This document shows, one piece after another, positions 41,284-50,275 of a stretch of DNA of 64,000 nucleotides. The position numbers were made by a program, and so were the translations under genes. The notes under the pieces were generated by a model. That model was given only the letters and a program-made list of their open reading frames with translations. It made no database searches and had not been told where the DNA came from. Position 1 is the stretch's first letter. Each line of letters starts with the position of its first letter. The stretch covers positions 192,001 through 256,000 of the forward strand of contig CAWHTE010000011.1 in assembly GCA_963832165.1 (NCBI GenBank), given 5' to 3'. The DNA comes from an uncultured delta proteobacterium (GTDB taxonomy: Bacteria; Myxococcota_A; UBA9160; SMWR01).

Positions 41284-42113
41284 GACAGATCGTCTCCGCC
41301 CGCGGCCGGCGCGCGCAGCTCGAGCTCTTCGGCGAGCTCGGCGAGCGCGCGCGCGCCGCGATCACTGGGTGCATACTCGAACACCGAGAGCCCCTTCGAC
41401 TGCGCCTCGTCGATGCGCACGTGATATCCGATCACGCCGTGCGCGATCTCCTTCGGGAAGCGCTTCTTGAGCTGCTCGAGGATGTCGTGCGCGAGGTTTG
41501 TGCGCCGGTAGAAGGTGGGAACCACCATCGTGACGCGCAGCCGCGGGTGCCCGTAGCGCTCGCGCACGGTGGCGAGCGTGCGCATGAGCTCGGCGCAGCC
41601 GTCGAGTGCGAGATAGGTGAGCGGCACCGGCACCACGACCTCATCGGCCGCGCGCAGCACGTTGAGCGTGAGCGGGCCGAACGAGGGCGGCGCGTCGAAC
41701 AGCACGAAGTCGTAGCGGGCGAGCTCGGGCGCGGAATCGAGCGCGGCGGCGAGCCGTCCGGTCGGATCGTCATCTTCCTGCCACGCCGGGAACAGGCCGA
41801 GGCTCTTGTTCGCGACGATCAGGTCGAGGCGCTCGATGCGCGTCTTTACAACGGGCAGCACCGAAGCGGCGCCGCGCCGCGTGCGCGCGTTGCCGAGATC
41901 GCCGAGCACGGTGTCGAGCAGCAGGTCGATCGCCGTGCGCGACGGCGCGCGGTTGTCGACGCCGAACACCTTCGCGAGCTGGCCCTGCGGATCCATGTCG
42001 ATCGCGAGCACGCGCCGACCGCGGCGCAGCGCGAGATACGCGCCGAGATTGGCGACCAGCGTTGTTTTCGCGCTGCCACCCTTCTCATTGATGAACGCCA
42101 CGCGCCGCGGCAC
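41280..42113 (-). CDS. ParA/Soj-family ATPase
   Basis: NEKGGSAKTT, IDMDPQG, FDAPP; no parB adjacent. Confidence 0.92.
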   Translation of the reverse strand: MPRRVAFINEKGGSAKTTLVANLGAYLALRRGRRVLAIDMDPQGQLAKVFGVDNRAPSRTAIDLLLDTVLGDLGNARTRRGAASVLPVVKTRIERLDLIVANKSLGLFPAWQEDDDPTGRLAAALDSAPELARYDFVLFDAPPSFGPLTLNVLRAADEVVVPVPLTYLALDGCAELMRTLATVRERYGHPRLRVTMVVPTFYRRTNLAHDILEQLKKRFPKEIAHGVIGYHVRIDEAQSKGLSVFEYAPSDRGARALAELAEELELRAPAAGGDDLS

Positions 42114-42270
42114 ACCAACCCCCCTCTCCGCTGTGGGTCACAGCAGGGATGGTGACACTTCCCTAACTAACTCCGGGCGCAGCGCGTGTCAACGAAAGAA
42201 TCGCGATTCTCGTGTGATGAGAACGAGAAGTACGCGACTCAGCTTCGATGGGGCAGTGCACCCCCGCCCA

Positions 42271-43248
42271 TCAACCCTTCGCCTGATTCACCGCAGCGGT
42301 CAGCGCCGGCACGATCTCGAACAGATCAGCCACGACGCCGAGGTTGGCGACTTCGAAGATCGGTGCATCGGGATCCTTGTTGATCGCGATGATGTAGTTG
42401 GACGATTTCATTCCCACGAGATGCTGGATCGCACCCGAGATGCCGCACGCGATGTAGAGCTTGGGACTGACCACCTGGCCCGATGAGCCGACCTGATACT
42501 CGTGGGGGAGCCAGCCCGCATCGACGACGGGTCGGCTTGCGCCCATCGCGCCGCCGAGCGCGGTCGCGAGCGGCTGGATCACCTCGGGGAACTTCGCGGG
42601 ATCGCCCACGCCGCGTCCGCCGGACACGATGATGTCGGCCTTCGAGAGATCCACACCCTTCGATTCGGATTTCTTGATCTCGACGAACTTGCTCTTGAGC
42701 GCGCCCGCGTCCAGCGACACGGCGAGCGACTCGACCGAGCCGGACGTCGAGCCCGAGAACGGAGCGGTGGCGCCCGGTTGCACCGTAGCGACAACCTTGT
42801 CACCAGAGGTCGAGATCAGCGCGTCGAGCTTGCCGTTGAACACGCGGCGCTTGAGGCTGAGCTGGCCGTCCGCGAAATCGATCGCGAAGCAATCGGGGAC
42901 GAAGGCCGCATCGAGCGCAGCCGCGATCCGCGGCGCCACGTCCCACCCGCTCGGGGTGTTCGAGATCAGCACCAGGTCCGCACCGCTCGCGGTGATCGCG
43001 GCGCGGATCGCCGCAGAAGCCGTCTCGGCGCTGTAGTTCTGGAGCAGCGCGTGCTCGGCCGCATAGACGGTGCCGCCGCCGCGCTTCGAGAGCTGCTCGG
43101 CCTGGCCCGCGATGCCCTGGCCCATCACGAGGCTCTTCACGTCGCGGCCGCTCGCGCCGGCGAGCTTCTGCGCGAACGCGGCGAGCTCGTAGCTCGCCTC
43201 GCGGATCTGTCCGCCCTGGATCTCGGCGACGATCAGAATGCTTCCCAC
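42271..43248 (-). CDS. etfA: Electron transfer flavoprotein alpha subunit
   Basis: IVSGGRG, GASRPVVDAGW, GISGAIQH, AINKD; GTG 43248 with AGGAG. Confidence 0.96.
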   Translation of the reverse strand: MGSILIVAEIQGGQIREASYELAAFAQKLAGASGRDVKSLVMGQGIAGQAEQLSKRGGGTVYAAEHALLQNYSAETASAAIRAAITASGADLVLISNTPSGWDVAPRIAAALDAAFVPDCFAIDFADGQLSLKRRVFNGKLDALISTSGDKVVATVQPGATAPFSGSTSGSVESLAVSLDAGALKSKFVEIKKSESKGVDLSKADIIVSGGRGVGDPAKFPEVIQPLATALGGAMGASRPVVDAGWLPHEYQVGSSGQVVSPKLYIACGISGAIQHLVGMKSSNYIIAINKDPDAPIFEVANLGVVADLFEIVPALTAAVNQAKG

Positions 43249-43295
43249 GGGTCGTCTCCTCTTCTCTGCAGCCCGAGCGGGCCGCGCGGGCGGGG

Positions 43296-44078
43296 CTAGA
43301 GAAGCCCCAGCTCCTTGATCTTGTTCACGAGCCCGGCCACCACCTCGGCGGTGGAGCCGGACAGGATGTCGGCGCGGTCGCCCTTCGGGGGGTGCGCGAT
43401 CTTCTGGATCTTGATCTTCGCCGCGGCCGCACCTACCTGGTCCGCGACGCCGAGATCGGCGGCGGTCTTCACCTCGAGCGGCTTCTTCTTCGCGGCCATG
43501 ATCCCCTTGAGCGACGCATAGCGGACCTGGTTCAGGCCGGTCTGCACCGAGATCAGGCACGGCGTCTTGAGCTCGACCACCTCGGACGCGCCGCCGTCGA
43601 TCTCGCGATCGACCGTGAACGTGCCGTTGCTGCGCGACACCGCGACAGCGCCCGTCGCGTGCGGAATGCCCGTGAGCTCGGCGAGCATCGGCGGCACCGA
43701 CGCGAAGTTGCCGTCGTCCGCCATCAGGCCCATGAACACGAGATCGGGGCTCTCGGCCTTCGCGACCGCGGCGAGGATCTTCGCGATGCCGAGCGCGTCG
43801 GAGCCATCGGTGGCCGGATCCTTCACGTGGATCGCGCGGTCGGCGCCCATTCCGAGTGCGGTGCGCAGCGCCTGGGTCACGCGCTCGGGCCCGATCGAGA
43901 CCACGAACACGTCGGCGGTGCCGGCGTCCTTGATCCGCAGCGCCTCCTCGAGCGCGTAGGTGTCGTAGCTGTTGATCTCGAACTTGATGTTGTCTTCTTT
44001 GATCCAGGTGCCGTCACCGTTGATGTCCAGACGGGCATCCTGATGCGGCACCTGCTTCAGACACACCATGATCTTCAT
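43296..44078 (-). CDS. etfB: Electron transfer flavoprotein beta subunit
   Basis: MKIMVCLKQVP, ALEEALRIK, MGADRA, RYASLKGIMAAKKK. Confidence 0.96.
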   Translation of the reverse strand: MKIMVCLKQVPHQDARLDINGDGTWIKEDNIKFEINSYDTYALEEALRIKDAGTADVFVVSIGPERVTQALRTALGMGADRAIHVKDPATDGSDALGIAKILAAVAKAESPDLVFMGLMADDGNFASVPPMLAELTGIPHATGAVAVSRSNGTFTVDREIDGGASEVVELKTPCLISVQTGLNQVRYASLKGIMAAKKKPLEVKTAADLGVADQVGAAAAKIKIQKIAHPPKGDRADILSGSTAEVVAGLVNKIKELGLL

Positions 44079-44196
44079 GGGGGGAGGCCTCCGGGGACGG
44101 GGTAGGGGAAAAGCGAAGACCCCGAGGCCGGGCGGCGCCGGGGCCGGAAAAACTCGGGAACGCTACTGGAATCGCTTTCGGTCGGCTACGGGCGGC

Positions 44197-44895
44197 CTAC
44201 GCACCCATGAACATCAGGAACTGATCGAGGCTCGCGACGCGCAGGAACGGGTTGGTGCGCTTCTCGTGACCCATCGTGTCGAACGGCTCGGCCGAGTAGA
44301 GGTGGCCCGGGTAGAGCAGCGTCTCGTCGGGGAGCTGCTTCAGGGTCCCGTTCAGGCTGTGGTACATCGCCTCGGGATCGCTGCCGGGCAGATCGACGCG
44401 GCCGCAGCTGCCCAGGAAGAGCGTGTCGCCCGAGACGAGCTTTCCGGGCTGCCCGGGCTCCTCGACGAGGAAGCACTGCGAGCCCGGCGTGTGCCCGGGC
44501 GTGTGCAGGAAGCGCACGCGGATCGCGCCTAGCTCGATCACGTCGCCGCCGCGCTTGCGGGCGAGGTCCGATTCGGACGCGCCCGTGATCTTCTTGGTGC
44601 CCTCGGCCTCGTGCTCGTTCACGTACAGCGGCATCGGCTGGCGCGCGAGCAGCCGGTCGACTCCCTCGATGTTCATGCCGAAGATCGATCCGCCGACGTG
44701 GTCCTGGTGGTAGTGCGTCACGAGCGCGCCGACCACCTTCATGCCGTCGCCCTCGGCTTTGTCGAGGAGCGCGTCGACGCTCCACGCGGGATCGACGATC
44801 AGGGCCTCGCGCGTCGAGCGGCTGCCCACCAGGTAGGCGAAGTTCGCCATCTGTCCGACGGCGATCTGCTCGAAGTAGAGCTCGCTCGCGCTCAC
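44197..44895 (-). CDS. Metallo-beta-lactamase-fold hydrolase (glyoxalase II-like)
   Basis: THYHQDH, HTPGHTPG, GDTLF, YPGH. Confidence 0.92.
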   Translation of the reverse strand: MSASELYFEQIAVGQMANFAYLVGSRSTREALIVDPAWSVDALLDKAEGDGMKVVGALVTHYHQDHVGGSIFGMNIEGVDRLLARQPMPLYVNEHEAEGTKKITGASESDLARKRGGDVIELGAIRVRFLHTPGHTPGSQCFLVEEPGQPGKLVSGDTLFLGSCGRVDLPGSDPEAMYHSLNGTLKQLPDETLLYPGHLYSAEPFDTMGHEKRTNPFLRVASLDQFLMFMGA

Positions 44896-45614
44896 GTGGT
44901 GCCGCCGAGAATGCTCTGGATCCAGTCGTCGAGCGCCGTGGTCATCTCTTCCGTCACCTCTTCCTGGGTCCGCCCGGATTTCTTGAGCACCTTGAACAGG
45001 CGATCGGCCTCGGGGATCACGTGCAGCACGGTCGGCGCGCCCACGCGCACGAGCGTCTGGCGCAGCACCTCGACGTCGCAGCTCGTGTCGCGATCTCCTT
45101 GCAGGAAGAGCGCGGGAGATACGATCCGGAACAGCTGTTCGGGCTGCAGCTCCTCGGGCTTGCCCGCGGGATGGAGCGGGTAGGCCATCAGGAACAAGCC
45201 GTCGACGCGCACGCGCGCGGCCGCCAGGTCGGCGGCGACCTGGCCGCCGAGCCCGATCCCACCCAGAAACAGGTGTGCCGGAGCCGCAGTCGGGTCGCGT
45301 CCGAGTGCGCCGAGTGCGGCGCGCATGGTGCGGCGCAGCACGGGCAGCGAGTCGGGTCGCCGTTTGCCCGCCTCCGCGAACGGGAAGTTGAAGCGCAGCG
45401 AGAAGTAGCGCCGTTCGGTCAGCGACCGGTGCAGGCTCTCGACCGCCTCGCTGTTCATGTCGCCATGGGCGCCATGCGCGATCACGACGCCGACGCGCGA
45501 TCCGGTCGGCCACCAGCGCGGGACGCCGAGCACAGCTGAAACCGCGTCGAGGCCGTGCAAGGGCTCCGAAAGCGGGATCTTGATCTCTTCGTAGCGGGAA
45601 GCAGGCTCGACCAC
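44892..45614 (-). CDS. Alpha/beta-hydrolase-fold protein (KANL3/Tex30-like)
   Basis: IAHGA, RFNFPF, YPLHPAGK, FLQGDRD; nucleophile elbow reads GGIGLGG. Confidence 0.8.
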   Translation of the reverse strand: MVEPASRYEEIKIPLSEPLHGLDAVSAVLGVPRWWPTGSRVGVVIAHGAHGDMNSEAVESLHRSLTERRYFSLRFNFPFAEAGKRRPDSLPVLRRTMRAALGALGRDPTAAPAHLFLGGIGLGGQVAADLAAARVRVDGLFLMAYPLHPAGKPEELQPEQLFRIVSPALFLQGDRDTSCDVEVLRQTLVRVGAPTVLHVIPEADRLFKVLKKSGRTQEEVTEEMTTALDDWIQSILGGTT

Positions 45615-45761
45615 TGTCCCTTGGGGCCCCCGAGCGCCCGCACCTTAGCACGGTCACCTATCTTGCCGGCTTCGCTCGCCTTCGGCTCGCTGCGCGGAGC
45701 TTGCGCTCTAGATCCAGCGACGGCCAACGGATACTCTGGGCAGTCAACCCCCCGAGGAGTC

Positions 45762-46679
45762 ATGGAAAAGGTCCTGATCACGGGCATCGCAGGCGGCCAG
45801 GGACGCCTGCTCGCGAAGCGGCTGCGCGAGAACTTCGAGGTATGCGGCGTCGACCGCGTAGGATGGGATGGGGCCCCACGGGGGGTCAAAGTCCACGTCG
45901 TCGACATCCGCAAGAAGAAGTTCGAGGACGTGATCCGCACCGAGATGCCGACCGCGGTCGTACACCTCGGCCAGATCCGCCACTTCCGGACCCCGCTCTC
46001 CGAGCGCTACGACACCAACGTCCGCGGGACCAAGACGATGCTCGACCACTGCATCCACCACGGCGTGCAGAAGGTCGTGGTGATCTCGAGCTCGTACGTC
46101 TACGGCGCCTTCCCCGAGAATCCCTACTTCCTGGACGAGGATTCGCCGCTCTCCGCGAGCCGCGCGTATCCCGAAATGCGCGACCTGGTGGAGGTCGACA
46201 CGATCGCGTCGGCCTACCTGTGGCGCTACCCGCACCTGCACACCTGCGTGCTGCGGCCCGTGAACGTACTCGGTGGCTACGTGCACTCGATGATCGGGCA
46301 GTACCTCAAGCAGACGCGCGTCCCGACCGTGATGGGCTTCGACCCGATGATGCAGTTCATCCACGAAGAGGATCTGTCGGAGGCGATCGCGCTCGCGCTC
46401 GAGCACAGCCTGCAGGGCGTGTTCAACGTGACGGGCCCGGGCCAGGTGCCGCTGCACACCGCGATCCGAGAAACAGGGGGTCGCGCGCTGCCGATCCCCG
46501 AGCCGATCCTGCGCGCGGTGTTCGATCGAGCGTGGCGCTGGGGCTTCCAGCCGATCCCGCCCGCGGCGCTCGACTATCTCAAGTATCCCGTCACGGTCGC
46601 GGGCGACCGCTTCGTCGAGGCCACCAACTTCCGCTGCCTGTTCGAGCTCGCCGAGATCTTCCAAAGCGTGGCGCGATGA
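45762..46679 (+). CDS. Atypical extended SDR / NAD-dependent epimerase-like protein
   Basis: VLITGIAGGQG, SSSYVYG, GFDPMMQFIHEED; GAGGAG RBS. Confidence 0.88.
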   Translation: MEKVLITGIAGGQGRLLAKRLRENFEVCGVDRVGWDGAPRGVKVHVVDIRKKKFEDVIRTEMPTAVVHLGQIRHFRTPLSERYDTNVRGTKTMLDHCIHHGVQKVVVISSSYVYGAFPENPYFLDEDSPLSASRAYPEMRDLVEVDTIASAYLWRYPHLHTCVLRPVNVLGGYVHSMIGQYLKQTRVPTVMGFDPMMQFIHEEDLSEAIALALEHSLQGVFNVTGPGQVPLHTAIRETGGRALPIPEPILRAVFDRAWRWGFQPIPPAALDYLKYPVTVAGDRFVEATNFRCLFELAEIFQSVAR

Positions 46680-47575
46680 CCGAAGTCGCGCGCGCGTCCA
46701 GCGGCGGCATCTGGCAGTCGCTCTCGGACCTCGTGAGCGGCCTCCCGCTCTCGCTGCGCGAGCTGCAGGGCGAGCTCGAGGAGCGGCTGCACAAGGTGCC
46801 CAACCGCCTCAACGAGTACGGCTTCGATCCGTTCGGGCTGTCGCCGGACTGGGTGCGCACGATGGCGCTGCCGGCACTCCTGCTCTACCGCCACTACTTC
46901 CGCGTCGAGACCCACGACATCGACCGGATTCCGTCCGGGCGCGTGCTCGTGATCGCGAACCACGCGGGACAGCTCCCGTTCGACGGCATGATGCTCCAGA
47001 TGTCGCTCCTGCTCGAAGCCGAGCCGCCGCGGATCGTGCGCGCGATGGGCGAGTACTGGATCCCGCAGCTGCCGCTCGTGAGCTTCGCGGCCGCGCGCAT
47101 GGGCGCGCTCGTGGGCACGCCGCACAACTGCGCGCAGATGCTGCACCACGGCGAGTGCGTCGCGGTGTTTCCCGAAGGCGTGCGCGGCATGAACAAGCTG
47201 TACCGCGATCGCTATCAGCTCCAGCGCTTCGGTCAGGGCTTCATGCGCCTCGCGCTCGATACCCGCACGCCGATCGTTCCGGTGGCGATCGTCGGCTCCG
47301 AGGAGCAGAACCCCGGCTTCGCGAATCTCGAGGGCCTCGGGCGCCTGCTCGGAATGCCCGCCTTCCCGATCACGCTCGGCTTTCCGTGGCTCGGGCCGCT
47401 CGGCATGATGCCGCTGCCGGTCAAGTACCGGATCCATTTCGGCGAGCCGATTCACTTCGAGGGCAGTGCCGACGAGGACGACGCGGCGATCCAGACGCGC
47501 GTCGACGTCGTGAAGCACGAGATCACCGCGATGCTGCAGCGCGGCGTCGCCGCGAGGTCGGGTATCTTCCGGTGA
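46676..47575 (+). CDS. Lysophospholipid acyltransferase (PlsC-like)
   Basis: ANHAGQLPFDG, VFPEG, PIVPV; ATGA overlap. Confidence 0.9.
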   Translation: MTEVARASSGGIWQSLSDLVSGLPLSLRELQGELEERLHKVPNRLNEYGFDPFGLSPDWVRTMALPALLLYRHYFRVETHDIDRIPSGRVLVIANHAGQLPFDGMMLQMSLLLEAEPPRIVRAMGEYWIPQLPLVSFAAARMGALVGTPHNCAQMLHHGECVAVFPEGVRGMNKLYRDRYQLQRFGQGFMRLALDTRTPIVPVAIVGSEEQNPGFANLEGLGRLLGMPAFPITLGFPWLGPLGMMPLPVKYRIHFGEPIHFEGSADEDDAAIQTRVDVVKHEITAMLQRGVAARSGIFR

Positions 47576-47592
47576 GGCCGTCGGGGGTGAGA

Positions 47593-48066
47593 ATGACGGA
47601 CGAGCCGGTCGTGATCGAGCTGAATCCGCGCGAGCAGCGCCTCTACGATCGTCTGCGCACGCGCGTTGTGAAGATCGCGGAGCCGGGACAGCCGTCGGGG
47701 ATGGCCGACATCCTGCTGCTGCTGCCCGACTTCACCGTGCTGCTCGCGCGCCTGCTGCGCGACCCACAGGTGTCGCGCCGCTCGAAGCTGATCGCACTGT
47801 TCGGGATCGGCTACGTGCTCTCGCCGATCGATCTGATGCCGGCTCTCCTGCTCGGGCCGCTCGGCCTGCTCGACGATGTGGTGGTGGTGACCGCAGCGCT
47901 GTCGCGCCTGCTCAACCACGTCCATCCCGACGTGGTGCGCGCGGCGTGGCCGGGGCAGGGCGATGCGCTCGACGCGATCCAGCGCGCGTCCATGTGGTGC
48001 GAGCGCTTCCTGGGTCGCAGATTGCGCGGCTTCGTGCGCGGCGCGCTGCGGTTGGAGCAGCGCTAG
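47593..48066 (+). CDS. YkvA/DUF1232-family membrane protein
   Basis: YVLSPIDLMP...GLLDD motif. Confidence 0.85.
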   Translation: MTDEPVVIELNPREQRLYDRLRTRVVKIAEPGQPSGMADILLLLPDFTVLLARLLRDPQVSRRSKLIALFGIGYVLSPIDLMPALLLGPLGLLDDVVVVTAALSRLLNHVHPDVVRAAWPGQGDALDAIQRASMWCERFLGRRLRGFVRGALRLEQR

Positions 48067-48070
48067 CGAA

Positions 48071-48994
48071 ATGAAGATCGCCGTGACGGGGGGCGCGGGG
48101 TTCATCGCCTCGCAGATCGCCGAGGCGTGCCTGGCGGCGGGTCACGAGGTGATCATCCTCGACGACCTCTCCAGCGGTAGGCGAGCCAATCTTCCGCAGG
48201 GCGCCAAGTTCTTCTGTGTCGACATCCGCGCGCCGGAAGTGGCCGAGATCTTCCGCAGCGAGAGGCCCCAGGTGCTCTCGCATCACGCAGCCCAGATGGA
48301 CATCCGCCGCTCGGTCGCCGATCCGCGCTTCGATGCCGACGTGAACGTGCTCGGCACCCTCAATCTGCTCGAGGCCGCGCGCGAGACGGGAGTCAAGCGT
48401 GTGGTGTTCGCGTCGTCGGGCGGCGCCGTGTACGGAGAGCCGTCGCTCGTTCCCATCCCCGAATCACATCCGCTCGAGCCGCTCTCGCCGTACGGGATCA
48501 CCAAGGCGACGGGCGAGCGCTACCTCTCCTTCTACCACGCGGTGCACGGCATCTCCTACGTCGCACTGCGCTATTCGAACGTATTCGGTCCGCGCCAGGA
48601 TCCCCACGGTGAGGCCGGCGTCGTGGCGATCTTCATCGAGCGGATGCTCGACGGCCAGATTCCGACCATCTACGGCGACGGTGCGCAGACGCGCGACTAC
48701 GTCTTCGTCGGCGACGTCGTGCGCGCCAATCTCGCGGCGCTCGAGTCCGATTTCGTCGGATCCGTGAACATCGGCACGGGGATCGAGACCGACGTCAACA
48801 CGCTGTTCTCACAGCTGCGCAAGCTCATGGGCTTCGGGCATGCGGCCGTGCACGCACCCGCGCGCGCGGGCGAGCTCCTGCGCAGCGTCATCACAATCGA
48901 GCGCGCGCGCGACGCGCTCGGGTGGCGCCCCGAAGTGACGCTCGAGCAGGGTCTGCGCAGCACGATCGAGTTCTTCCGCGGACGAGCGCGGTGA
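48071..48994 (+). CDS. UDP-glucose 4-epimerase-like extended SDR
   Basis: TGGAGFIAS, SSGGAVYG, YGITK, RYSNVFGPRQ. Confidence 0.92.
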   Translation: MKIAVTGGAGFIASQIAEACLAAGHEVIILDDLSSGRRANLPQGAKFFCVDIRAPEVAEIFRSERPQVLSHHAAQMDIRRSVADPRFDADVNVLGTLNLLEAARETGVKRVVFASSGGAVYGEPSLVPIPESHPLEPLSPYGITKATGERYLSFYHAVHGISYVALRYSNVFGPRQDPHGEAGVVAIFIERMLDGQIPTIYGDGAQTRDYVFVGDVVRANLAALESDFVGSVNIGTGIETDVNTLFSQLRKLMGFGHAAVHAPARAGELLRSVITIERARDALGWRPEVTLEQGLRSTIEFFRGRAR

Positions 48995-49022
48995 TGGAAG
49001 CCGCGTCCTAGCCGGGTCGGAT

Positions 49023-50144
49023 GTGTCGCCCACCCTCAAGCTGCTCGCGGCGAGTCTCGCGTTGTCGCTCGGGCTGGGCGAGATCTGCGCGCGCCTCGTG
49101 CTTCCGCGCCCGGGCTTCACGCCGTTTCCAATCCAGGAGACGCGCGGCGTCGTGCAGCCCGACCCGGAGCGGGGCTACGCCTACACCGCGAATTACTCGC
49201 GCCATGTGGTGACGCCCGACTACGAGATCGACTTCCGGACGAATTCGCTCGGCATGCGCGACGTCGAGCCCGACCGCGTCGACCCGGGCGCTCTCCACCT
49301 GCTGGCGGTGGGCGATTCGTACACACAGGGACACGGGGTCGAGGCCGAGGAGGCCTGGCCCAAACGGCTCGAGGCGCGCCTGCCCGGCTCGCACGTCTAC
49401 AACACCGGGGTCTCCGGGTACGGATTGCAGCAGATGCGGCGCAGCGCGGAGGTCTTCTTCGAGCGCTTCGCGCCGCGCGCGATCTTCGTCGGCGTGTACG
49501 GCCACGGATACTCGCGGATCGAGGATCCATACGTGATGGTCGGAGACGGTGCGGGGCTGGTCACCCGGAGCGCGGCGGACGAGATCGATGTGCTCGAGGA
49601 CGGCTTTCTGTTTCCGTCGTTCCACACGAACCCGCTCCGCGCGGCTTCGTTCTGGATCGACCGCCACTGGTTCCTCGGCGGTCATCTGATGCATCTGGTG
49701 TTCGGGCCGCGCGTGCCCGATGCACCTCCGCAGCCTCCGTGGGAGTCGCCGGGACGAGCCGTGCTCGAGCGCGAGATGCAGCCGATGCTTCGGGAGCTCG
49801 CAGCACTGCATGCCGATGCCGAGCGCTGGGGCACACCGCTGGTCGCTCTGCTCGTCAGTCCCGCCGAGTCCGACGGCAGCTTCGCGCCCCTCCAGCGCGG
49901 CTACAACGAGGTGATCACCGCGTTCGCGCGAGAGCAGGCGATCTGCTGGGTCGACCCGATCCCGAGCTTCGTTGCGTCGGGCGCGGGGCAGTCGCTGCGC
50001 CTCGGCGTGGACAAGCACTGGAGCCCGCGGGCCCAGGACATCGCAGCCGAGCAGATCGTGTCCGTGCTCCGGGCGAGCCTGTCCGCGCCGAGCCCGGAGA
50101 CGCTTCCGTGTCAGGCGGCGGCTCGTGCGGTGCTGAATCGTTGA
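49023..50144 (+). CDS. Membrane-anchored SGNH/GDSL-like hydrolase
   Basis: TNSLGMRD, VGDSYTQG, NTGVSGY, DKHW. Confidence 0.82.
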   Translation: MSPTLKLLAASLALSLGLGEICARLVLPRPGFTPFPIQETRGVVQPDPERGYAYTANYSRHVVTPDYEIDFRTNSLGMRDVEPDRVDPGALHLLAVGDSYTQGHGVEAEEAWPKRLEARLPGSHVYNTGVSGYGLQQMRRSAEVFFERFAPRAIFVGVYGHGYSRIEDPYVMVGDGAGLVTRSAADEIDVLEDGFLFPSFHTNPLRAASFWIDRHWFLGGHLMHLVFGPRVPDAPPQPPWESPGRAVLEREMQPMLRELAALHADAERWGTPLVALLVSPAESDGSFAPLQRGYNEVITAFAREQAICWVDPIPSFVASGAGQSLRLGVDKHWSPRAQDIAAEQIVSVLRASLSAPSPETLPCQAAARAVLNR

Positions 50145-50220
50145 GCCGGACGCGGCCCCGGGTCGCGGAATGTGTTTCACATCACGGCAACTCCGGGCCC
50201 CATCCCCCCGACCCGCGCTC

Positions 50221-50248
50221 TAAACCGCCCGCTCCGAACGACCGATAA
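50221..50248 (+). promoter_or_regulatory. Putative sigma28-like promoter
   Basis: TAAA-N16-ACCGATAA about 25 bp upstream of the lipoprotein start. Confidence 0.4.
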
Positions 50249-50275
50249 CACTGTCTGGCCAGTCTGGGGGTCGTG

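Noticed and set aside
41280..42113. ParA as evidence of a plasmid or replication origin
   Set aside because: No parB, rep or dnaA; flanked by chromosomal housekeeping genes.
44197..44895. MBL-fold gene as a beta-lactamase
   Set aside because: No signal peptide; motifs fit glyoxalase II-like cytoplasmic hydrolases.
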